DNA of 64,000 nt from positions 96,412,001 through 96,476,000 of the forward strand of contig NC_087437.1 of NCBI RefSeq assembly GCF_036321535.1, given 5' to 3'. Position numbers and translations under genes: made by a program. Origin of the DNA: Camelus dromedarius (Eukaryota). This document shows positions 53,301 through 64,000 of the stretch, piece after piece. Each line of letters begins with the position of its first letter. Positions within the stretch are counted from its first letter, which is position 1. The notes under the pieces are model-generated. The model worked only from the letters and a program-made list of their open reading frames with translations. It had not been told where the DNA came from and did no database searches.

Positions 53301-56300
53301 AAATTATAGAATTTCCTGAGCTCACCCATTTCACTGACGTTGACAGGTGTTGATCATCCTTATTAGTCTGTCCTAGCTCTATATTATGATAACAAAGAAT
53401 GGTCAGAAACAGCACTATTTAAAGTCTTCAGCAGATACTCTAGTATCTAGTATCTTGCATGAGGAGTCTCTGTTTCTCTTCCCAGGTCCTCTTCACTCCA
53501 GTCTGTTAGGATGTGTCCAATGTTACTGGCATGACTTTTAGAGTCCCAGGCCACTTAGAGGTTCCTTCTCCCACCAAGATATTCTCCCATGAACATCTAA
53601 CTCTGTCCTGGTGTTTATCTTTTATTACAGTTTTATTCATGTGTCACTAGAAAGCTGATAATGGTACTGTGAACCAAAACCCACAGAAGTCCAAGGAATT
53701 TAAATAAGATCTTCCAGCATACACAGAAGATGACTCAATATTTGGCTTATATTTGTTCCTCTAGCATGAAAAAAATGAATGCCATATTTTCTAAAAATTT
53801 TCAAATTAATATTCACATTTAAGTTTCTTTAAATACACATCGGATATGTACTCTTTGTATGAATGCACTTTAGTAGGAAAAAAATTGACATGTTTTCATT
53901 TAATGAAGTGAAATCTCATCTACCCACCTCACCTATAGTTAATATTTTTAATTTAACTCCGGTGTTTCCAAAACAAATTTCATATATTTCCCAGATTTGA
54001 CAAAAAATATCTCCACTCCCCCTTTTATTAAAAACCCTGATTCGTTTGTATGAAGAGTGATTAGAACCTCATGAAGATGTTAGAAGTGGGAGCCCTGGGT
54101 TAGGTTTATGTAGTGTTTAAAGAAAATGTTCCTGTCTTTATTCAGGACATAGAATATCCAGTTCACTATAGTCCACCCACATTAACTTTACTCTCTTGGC
54201 CCCTGTATGTTTTTGAGTTTGTAACTCCTTGGTGAAAATGATAAACTTTATTTTGAATTGGTTGGATTCAATTCTATAGTATATACTGTAATCTATAGTT
54301 TTCTGATATAAAAGAATGATATTAGTGTCAGGTTACTTGGTTCCAACAGAACAATTCTATTTGGATGCAGAAAAATACCAGCTTGGTAGCTCTCCAACAT
54401 TACTTTCATACCACCCAACAACAGAAATGAACTAAATCTTAAAGCTTGGACAGGGTTCCAAGAGTAACTTGATTTCTGACCCAATGAAATTTAGTTGTCA
54501 GAAACACTAAATGTGCTTTATTTTCCAGATGGCTATGTTATGCATGTTCAAAGCTGCAGGTGTTTTATAAAATAAGATATTTAAGGTGATACGGTATCCA
54601 TTTTGAGGTTGGAGATGAGGTGGCGAGGATGCATTTATTGAACATTTTTCAAGGATAACTAGAATGAAAAGCAATATTCAAATGTAGAGATAATGTCCTT
54701 TCATACACAACGCCTTTGTTTCTAGAAGGAGCAAAACAACATCAGCATGACATTTGATTTTCAGACTGAAGTTTCTAAATAAATGTTCTAGTGACTTTTG
54801 AAAACAAAGCTTCTAGGATAACATTCTTCTAATTCTTAAACTAAGCTATGAGATGCCAATTAATAATTCTGTTATAGAACTACAAGAAGATAAATTTATC
54901 CTACATACAGACTGACATAAACAAGTTTTATGTTAGATAGTTTATGTCTCCATCTTTTTTAAAGAAAATTTATTTTTGAAATTCAATTTGGCTTTCAGAA
55001 AATAGCTTTATTGGTCTAGTAGTGAACATACCTCTTGAAATAATGGTTGTATATTGCATTTTTTTAAATGTATGTTTATTTTAATAGATGCTAAGATTCT
55101 GCTATAGAACGAATGCTTTTATTGTATTTTATAATTTAATGTGAGATATATTTCATTATATTAATAATCATACTTCATAACTTTGAGTTTACACATATAC
55201 TTTGATTTACACAAATAATTGAATAATTTTAAAAGGTGTGAACATGGATTTATATTTTATTAATCAAATTGTAATCCATTGTACTAACAGCTCTCAGAAA
55301 AAATCATGTGAGAGATTTGTGAAAGGGAGTTTCCAATTAGAATACAATAATATTTTGAAGTATTTAAACAGGGTTCATTTTTAATCCAATACTTGCATAA
55401 ATACATCATTGGTTACTGAATATATAAACACATTATTGTAGTAAATTTACTATTTGAGCAAACTTCAAAAAAGAACAATACATTTATTTTCATTTACTAT
55501 TTAAAATGATTCTTTTATTTCTATTGTTACTATTTGAATGAAAAGGGGGAAAGAGGATGGTCTCATTATTTCCTAAATTTAAAATATTCCCATGTCTTAT
55601 TGATATATTTTTATAACAATAAAGAAGTTACCTGAAATAAATATTTAGTACATAAATTCTTCAAGTCAGTTTTTTTTTCCTGAGGAAGAATAAAGGATAC
55701 TCACACATACATATAATTTCCTGGGTGGATATTCAGATTTACTCTCATTTAAATATTATAAAACTAATTTTATACTCTGAAAAACTTTGAAAACATTTAA
55801 TTGTTTTAGTACTATTTTCACATGCAAGTCTAGTAGTTTTTTCAAAATTCAAAGTAGTTTTTGTTTTATTTTTCTTCTTTTGTGATCTTCTTTTTTACAC
55901 TCATGACAAATGATAACTTTAAAACAGATACTGAACTTGTAGCAAAGATGTTATCCTTCAGGCTGAGAATGCTTTCTACCATAGGCTTTAATTTAATTTA
56001 GATAATGCCCATGTGAACATGAGTGAATTTACAGACTTTAATTTAATGGTTCAGAGTTGGAGATAAAGGGGGAAACTGACAATATCTCAACACCATATAC
56101 TGTACTCTTCTGTACTTTTTACAGCCCACCTGAGAACACCATCCCCAAATGTGTCAGCTTATAGTGGTAATGTATTGCTGTGCACGGCACATTCTGGGAC
56201 TTGGGTATGTAGGCAACCTTCAGTTTTATAGTCTAATACTCAGAAAAAGCAATCACAGTGATTTGCTAGGAGATCCAGTGAAGAATGCTTCCACAAGGGC

Positions 56301-58914
56301 AGTTGATACCCCTTGTTTAACCTCTTTTATAAATGCAGTGTTTAAAAATTCCACATTGACAATTTGATGTTTATTGTATATTTTAACAGCTACACTCAAA
56401 GATTATTTAATTTTCAAATGTTGCAAAACACGGGTCAAAACTCTCCTTAAAGTCAAAGCAAAACAGCCATTTACTTTTATTGAGCAATTCTTCAAGTATC
56501 ACCATGCTTAACTCAACTCATGATCTAGGACAACTGACAGAGTCCTTAAGAGCTAATAAATATTCTCCAAGGGGTCAAAGAACTGGGAAAGTACACTCTT
56601 TCAAGACCAGTTATTAAAAAAAAATACCCAAAGAAAAATAAATAATGAAATATAGAGAACTTTATCTGATCATTTTAGTGTAAAATACTGCAGACTTACA
56701 AATCCATTTGGCAAAAACTACAGCTCACCTACCTATCCTCTCCCTAACTGACATATTACAAATAAATTTACTCCTCTCATAAGAACAATCCTCTAAGCAC
56801 AATACATAGATGCACATACCAAATTTGTCACACTGCTATTCGACCAGAAAAGATCAAATTTTCTAACACAAATAAAGTGAAAATGGTTCTTCCAATTTAA
56901 GGTCCATAAAGCACTCATTAAAGATAAAAGCAGGTTATTTAGCAATATTGGACTTTGTGAGATGCAGTATGTGCAACAGAACGAAATAGAAATTTCAGTG
57001 ATGGAAAATCATCCTCCTTCCCTCGTGATAGTGTAATAACCTTTTAAATCATGTCTGACATTTGTAAGTTGAGTGAGCTGGCAGCCCAGCACAGTCTGTG
57101 TGGTAATATACGTGGTAAACCCTTTCTGGAGCAGTAATCTCATCGCTGTGTCTTAACGGCTCTCACTTCACGCGGCCGACTGGGCCCCAAGAGACTTTTT
57201 TGACTCTGCCTTTCTCGAGCCACTGGTTGCTAATGTTCCTTATTATGAGGAAAGCAGAAACGTGCCTTCAGGCAATGGCCACTCGGCGAGAGGTACACCA
57301 CCAGCCAACCTTCGGCTGAGCTGTTTTGTTTTAAACTATTAAATATGCACATGCGTTATACAAAGGGGGTTCTTTGTGCTTCAAAAAACAATATGACAGC
57401 GATATTTACTCTGCTCCAATTGCTAATCTGACAAGCTCCATCTGGTAAGCAGACCCTTTATCTTCTCATCACCCTAAATCTCTGAAGGAAAGTGGACACT
57501 AGTAGCATATGTCCATGGCTGGTACTTATGCTTAATGAAGTAGAGTATTTATAGGTTTTAACTTTAAGGACACCTACAAGACGTGTTACTTGGTGTTGAG
57601 AGGGAAAGCTATCCCATTAAAAGGAGCTACATCAGTCCATTTTCTATCACTCTGCATTTCATTTGGAAAGGGAGCCCATGACTACATCTCCTTACAAAGT
57701 TGAGATGGAATTCTTCTCAAAATATTTAATGATCTTAAAGTGCCTCCTTCAGTCTCCCCAGAGCAATCCTTACCATTAGCTCTTCCCTATATATTTTAAC
57801 CGCCTTCTTATTTATCTTTCTTCCCTACTCAATTGCAAGCATTGTGAAGGCAAGAAATGTAGATTATTTCATTAGTCTACCCATGCTTTCTAATATTAGT
57901 TCCATGAACAAATGTATACATTTTCACTCCATTGTAAACATGGAATATTTACATTTTCCATAGGAATAAAAATGATGACAAAACAATCCTATCTTATCAC
58001 AAAATCAAACAAATGAATTGGTTATTTCTACTTCCACATCTGATCAAAGAGCTTCACTTCTCCTGTCCTTTGCTACTACTGAACAACTCATGCACTGAGT
58101 GTCCACTCTGAGCAATCTGTATTCAAACATGAAAAATATTCTAGGAATCTAAGCTTTCAATTTAACATGGTACTGTGTGCATACAATTTAATTTATCGTG
58201 CTTTGTAGAAAGAACATGGCATGGGGGTACTATTGTGTGTTAATGCCAAGAATCAAAGGCTATTTGTTCATTTTAAGGAAAGAAGTATCAGTGCTTTTTT
58301 CTATTAGACACTGATGGAAAAAATATGAACAGGAAAGGTACAACATTCTCTTACTCAATTTGTGTTTTATAAACAATCTAAAGCCAACTTTATCCAATGG
58401 GGATTTAAAGGCATCTAAGACTTTGGTTTAGAAGTGGGAAATAAATGATGAAATTTCCTTGTCCATTTTCTGGGTCATTTTCTCAATAAAAGGGTCATAG
58501 GCAGCTGCTATTGCTGCCTTCCAAATATATATTTCAGCTATATTGATGTATTATTTTATCTTTTTTATCCTTTAAAAATATTTAGTGTATTTTCCATTAG
58601 GTACTTGAAATTGCAGTTGATTTAAAATCTTTCAAAATAATAGAGTGAGCTGGAACAGGACAGAGAAGATATTTGGAAATTTGGCATTATCACCTAGATT
58701 TGGTGTCCACATCACTATAACTTTTAAGAATTCCTAGCGCAAGAATATATTTTATATATACATATAAAACACAGGTATAATTATTATTTATTGGTTTTAT
58801 TTTCCTTAACTAGGACAGCTCACAATTATTTAGGAGTGATTATGGAAGGTGGGGAAGTTAAGCCTAGTCATTATGTAGGTTTGGTGAAGAGAAACACTGC
58901 TTTAGTCAGAACAA

Positions 58915-59150
58915 TCATTGTTAAATTAAGCAATCACTGTGAACAAGGCACTGTTCTAAGTAATTTATATGTATTCAATCAATCTTTACAAAAATCCTAT
59001 GATGTAAGTACTATTACAATCTTCATTTTTCAAATGAGAAGACAGAGACTCAGAGAGGTCAAGTAATTTGCTTGAGGACACACAGATACTATCTGACAAA
59101 ATTAGGCAGTTTAGTTTGAGTCATGTGTTTCACCACCACACTAACTGGTT
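58915..59150 (-). mobile_element. MIR SINE
   Basis: 'aggcactgttctaag...aatcctatgatgtaagtactatta...cattttt caaatgagaagacagagactcagagaggtcaagtaatttgc'. Confidence 0.85.
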
Positions 59151-60299
59151 CTCTAGTAATATCTGAAGTTATAATATTTGAAGACTGGCTTCTAAACTAT
59201 AAGGAAGGTTTCATTTTAATTCATTATTAGGAGTACAAGGAGAGCTAGAAAAGGGAATTTTTCACTTGACTGTTCATGCCTATTTTGCAAATGAATGGTA
59301 TACAAAAACTCATTTGTTTTTGTTCACAAGTGAATTTAGATACCCACAACTATATGTATGCTAGGAACTCATTCTGAATGATTTGTTTGAGGAGTGGATG
59401 AATTGATAAATGAATAAATATATGTACCTCTGTATACAATATGTTTATATATGGAGCTACCCATTATCCAAATGTTGAGGTTTTTAATGAGAAAAACTGA
59501 GGCAGAGAAAAAGAGACTAAGTAAAAAGTCATGTAGTTTATTTAAAGAGTAAGGACTATCACCTATATGTGAAAATGGCTGTTTAATGTACCATAATTTC
59601 TCCTTCCTCTTAACAATAATTTGATTTCTTTCAGCCTGTTAGCATCAGTATTTTTTGTAGCATAGCAAAGACAGGACTAAAAATTCCAGAGACTGATGTA
59701 AAAATAACCTCTTTAAAATTAGAAAAAAAGAACAGATGGGTTGGGCCGCTACATTCATACTCCCTACACTGTCCTAAGTTGAATTAGAAGAAATAATCAA
59801 CCATCTCTTTGGGTCCCTGCTTAAATATCTAGTTAGAGGCTGAATCTGAAGCTACTATTCATTATCTTCAATTCTGAGTGGCTGTGCTATAGACTAAAAT
59901 AACTCTAAGTAACTTTTTCTTAAAATACATTTTGGACTACATAAGGCAGCTCTGCAAATGATAAAACTCTAGGCAGAGTCAATAGCTTGAACAAGAGCAA
60001 TAACAAAAATGTGATTTCACTACTGCCTAATATATTTAATTCTATATCAATTTCTCTTTGGCTCTAAATCTATGCTAATCTGCAAAAGTGATTAAAAAGT
60101 TGCAGCATATGTACTGGTGTCCACGTTGTGCACACACAATATATTATATGTATGGCAGGTTTATATGTTTATTGGAGAATGAGGTATTTTTTAAAGTATG
60201 AGAATATGATGACTGTTATAGAAATATTTGCATTCCATATTTATTTCAAGACTCCGCCTTCTTTCATGTCAGCCAGTCTCAGAACTCCTGAAGTAAGTT

Positions 60300-61085
60300 G
60301 GAGTCTGCATCTCCCTTCTTTTACTTCCATCTAATTGGCAGACGTTGCCTATTATTTCTCTGCTATGTCTTTGGTGTCATAATCTTTATTTCTACAGCTG
60401 CTTCTCTAAGTCCCATTCTCTGTGAGTCTGAACTACGATTCTGCAATCAATTTTAACATTTCTCTAGACTTTCATTCTTTGTTCTGTCCAAATCACCCTC
60501 AGCTCTCTCCAAAGTTGCTTTTCCTAAAACACATCCTGATACCAACCCTGCCTTCTCCATCTATTCCAGTGCCTCCCCTCTCCAATCCCAATGTCAATTT
60601 AAACATACTTAGCCCAATATTTTAGGTTTGCCTGAATCTAATTCCAACTCACTTTCCCAACCTTATTTTCAATAATCCTTCACATTCAAATGAAAGAGTA
60701 CTAATTTTATTCATGTACGCTTCCCTTTTCCCTCTTTCTAAAATGTGTTCTCCTTACTTCTTACCAAACACATCCTACTTATCATTCAGGATCTAGTTCA
60801 AATTCTACTTTTTTCCATGAAATTTCCTTGGCTCCTTAGTTCAACACCTCCACCTTAGATTCCATGGCTGCTGATCTAGTAGTCACTGAACTACACATTG
60901 GAACACACTTTTCCTAATCAGTGTTTATTGAAACTATGCACATGTATGTCTTACCTTTCATACTAACTGTCTGCACCTAAAGGGCATCATCTCTTACACT
61001 ATCTACTCCACAATGCCAACCAAGCACACACTCATGCATACAGGGGCCACAGATGCACACATGAATGAATGAATGAATGCATCAT
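60300..61085 (+). mobile_element. L2 LINE 3' region
   Basis: 'catcctacttatcattcaggatctagttcaaat...ttccatgaaatttcc' and terminal (atga)n 'atgaatgaatgaatgaatg'. Confidence 0.6.
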
Positions 61086-62097
61086 GAATTTATCCATAAC
61101 AGAAAAAAAATTGAACTCAGGTCTCCTGAATCCCCACCAAGGCATTCTGTTCACTCCTTTGCTGATGGTAACTTGCTATTAAGCAAACTGTGACTGTTAT
61201 GATGCACCTACTCCAACACTATACTTTCACAGTGTCCAATCACTCTCATTACAATTTCCTATGACTGATATAAACCTTTCTCACTAAAATTCAGTCTCCT
61301 TATATGTTGCCCTGGTCTGAGGGCTGCAGATAAAAGGCAAAGGCCTGTGAGTGAAGCATTATGGATTTTAGGCCTGCATCTCAAAAATCTCTTAGCTTGG
61401 CAAATCACTTTGCCACAACTTTCTCATTTGTTAGATGACGGGTTTGGACTGGATGATTTAGGAGTTTCTTTCCAGCTCTGAAATTTAGTGGAGGTGAAAG
61501 GCATAATCTGCCAACTTTGACCTTCAGAAACTCATTCTACATGCTTGAATTCCTATGGATTATTATTAAATGATCCTCTGTTTTCCCTGGTGCTGGCTGG
61601 TATGGTTCTAATACTCATTCTAAGCTTTCACTTTCAAACTTTGTTTGAATATCATTTCAATTCATGCTGCAAATTTCCCTACATCTATGTCACAGTCCTC
61701 AGAATGTCCCTGTAATTCTTCACCCAAAAGGCTTTGTTGGCAAATTTCCAGAGGAGGCGGGGATTCTGTCATCTCATCACCAAGCATTCTGGAAGCTGTT
61801 TCCTTTCATGGAGACTTCCTTGAAAGAACTCATCTCCATTCTGTGAAGAAAGTACACTTAGACAAATAGCTCAGGGTGTTCATTTTAACTTCCTCTTATT
61901 TCAAACCACCAGAGATTCCAGTTCAGCCTAAAGATCAATACACCTAAAGTTTCATTAAATTTGAAGAAATTCATCCAGTGGATCAGTGGTTATTAGCTCA
62001 GATTAAACACTAATCACCTATGGAGCCTAAAAAGTTATGCTTAGGTATCACTCCTAAGTTGACTTATGTGAGCCTGGAGTATTTGTAAAAATTTCCC

Positions 62098-62795
62098 TCC
62101 AGCAGTCAAGCTCCTTGGTACTTACCCAAAGGAGCTGAAAGCTTGCGTCCAAACAAAAGCCTACACACAAATGTTTATAGCAGCTTTATTTATAATTGCC
62201 AAAACTTAAAAGCCACCAAGATGTTCTTCAGTAGGTGAAGGGATAAATAAACTGTGGTAATCTAGATAGTGGATTATTTAATCTTAAAAAAAGAAATGAA
62301 CTATCAAGTCATGAAAAGTCATGGCATTAACTTAAATGCATACTACTAAGTAAAAGAAGCCAAACTGAAAGGCAATGTACTGTAGGATTCCACCTATATG
62401 ATATTCTGGAAAAGGCAAAACTATGAAGGCAGTAAAAAGATCAGTGGTTGCCAGAGGTTGGTGGTGGGGAAGAATAGGTGGAGCACAGGGGATTTTTAGG
62501 GCAGTGAAAACACTAGCACTCTGTGCAATATTATAATGATGGATACCTCCCATTATACATTTGTCCAAACACAGAATGTATAGCAAGAGTAAACTATAAC
62601 GTAAACTATGGACTCTGGATGATAACGATTGTCAGCGTAGGTTCGTCAGTTGTAACAAATGTACCACTCTGGTAGGGGATGTTGATTATGGGGGAGGCTT
62701 TGCACGTGTAGGGGTAGGGAGTATATGGGAAATCTCTGTACCTTTCTCTTAATTTTGCTGTGAAACTATAACTGCTCTAAAATTAAATTACTAAA
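62098..62795 (+). mobile_element. L1MC1-like 3' end
   Basis: 'ctccttggtacttacccaaaggagctgaaa', 'ttctggaaaaggcaaaactatg...gtaaaaagatcagtggttgccag', 'gtaaactatggactctgg', 'tgtaacaaatgtaccactctgg', 'gggaaatctctgtacc'. Confidence 0.9.
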
Positions 62796-62819
62796 TATAT
62801 ATCACATACTTCTATACAC

Positions 62820-62874
62820 ATATCTCTATCTCTATCTATCTATGTATCTATCTATCTATCTATCTATCTATCTA
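62820..62874 (+). repeat. (CTAT)n microsatellite at the L1 tail
   Basis: Directly visible. Confidence 0.9.
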
Positions 62875-63289
62875 CACATCCCTAGGTGATTGTCATCTGT
62901 CCCTTAAGTTGAAAACTCACTACAGCGTAAGTCTAGCTCAGATCCACCTTTGGTGGCTAGGAAACCAGAAGAGTGGGAGGTTTATCTAATGACTGTTTAA
63001 GAACCATATTGATATTTTTATATATTTTCTAGCTTTGTAGTAACTTAAGATTGAAAGAAAGAAAAAAAAAACAGCTTTCAGTTTCTCCAATGGCCATTGA
63101 TCTAAAAAATTACTCCTGTTCATTTAAAGGTACAGACAGGCCAATATGCAAAAAGAAAGAAAAAAAAACAAAAAAGAGCAGTCAACCCTGTTCACGCTTT
63201 TCCCTGGAAAAGCATGTGCTGGCGACATGTCTGTGGAAGGATTTGAATGGTGGCCCATTATTATTCAGCAAAGACCGAAACCTGCCCCA

Positions 63290-63930
63290 TTGCCTACAGA
63301 CCCTGTGTGGGCTGCTGCTTCTTCCCTAGCTCTCCAGTCTCCTGTTGCACAGGCCTCTCCTCAGCTCCCCACTCTCAGCAGCCACCCAATAGGACCCAAT
63401 CTTTCAGCCTTATTAAGATTTTGCCAAGCTTCATCTTACTACAGGCCTTCTCCATCTGCCTAGAATGTTTCCCCAGTGGTTCTCAAACTTTGCTGTGCAT
63501 TAGAATTACCTTGGGGCATCCTAAAATTCTCGATGCCAAGGTCCTACACCGAACAATCAAATAAGATTTTCTAGAGACGAGACCCAGGCATCAGTAATTT
63601 AAAACATTTTTTTTTTTTTTAAATCCCTCAAGTGCTCATGATATGCAGAAAAGTGTGTGGCCCAGTGTTCTTAAGTCCTCAGCTCATCTGCTTAACCTCA
63701 AATTTGACTTCAGGTCTCTGCTAATTTTCACTTCCTAAGGAAAACTTCTACAATTCACAATCTGGCCAAATACCTCAATATACAGTTTCACAACATCAAG
63801 TACCTTCTTTCATATCACAGTGTTAGCTGGGGCTATAGTCTCTGTTCCAAACTCAACACTAGACCGTACAATCTATGCAGCCAGTGACTATATCTGACAT
63901 TGTTAACAAGACTGTCCCCAGTCCTACAAC
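63290..63930 (+). mobile_element. L2 fragment interrupted by MER5A
   Basis: 'agaccctgtgtg...ccatctgcctagaatg' before the MITE, and 'ctcaaatttgactt...tagaccgtacaatctatg...tgtccccagt' after it. Confidence 0.55.
63473..63667. mobile_element. MER5A hAT-Charlie MITE
   Basis: 'cagtggttctcaaactttgctgtgcattagaattacct...gatgccaagg...cccaggcatcagtaatttt'. Confidence 0.85.
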
Positions 63931-64000
63931 AACGGGAAAAAAAAAAAAACAACAACTAAAAATTCGCCCATGTCTTAAATTCATAACATGCAAAGATTTA

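Larger units (their letters stand above)
61984..62925. mobile_element. MER5-like MITE split by the L1MC insertion (arms ~61984-62097 and ~62876-62925)
   Basis: Left arm 'cagtggtt...aatcaccta...tttgtaaaaatttccc'. Right arm 'ccctaggtgatt...aagttgaaaactcact'. Confidence 0.45.

Noticed and set aside
63051..63564. Three overlapping ORFs of 92-105 aa
   Set aside because: They run through L2 and MER5A remnants, with no recognisable domain or splice structure.
1..64000. Prokaryotic-type systems (CRISPR arrays, operons, IS elements), tRNA or rRNA genes
   Set aside because: The sequence is mammalian non-coding DNA. I saw no regularly spaced repeat-spacer array or recognisable structural RNA gene.

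Overview
AT-rich, CpG-poor eutherian non-coding DNA with no protein-coding exon I can support. The longer ORFs in the track are LINE fossils or chance ORFs. Repeats include MIR, L2, an RTE-X/L4-like fossil, MLT1 MaLR LTRs, one ERV1 (MER34-like) solo LTR, hAT DNA elements (MER58B, MER5, MER53) and several L1s. Two L1 3' UTRs look cetartiodactyl-type, and I saw no Alu, B1, Bov-tA, PRE-1, CHR or Can-SINE, so a camelid is my tentative guess. Nearly all clear L1 and LTR copies lie on +, as expected inside a long intron of a gene transcribed on the - strand. The most notable feature is a minus-strand recursive-splice-site architecture at 25814/25815: a 99-nt AG-free zone, branch-point motifs, a pyrimidine tract and TAG|GTAAGT, then a 101-nt putative RS-exon ending in GAG|GTAAAA. 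Repeat family names come from my recall of consensus sequences, and boundaries are approximate.
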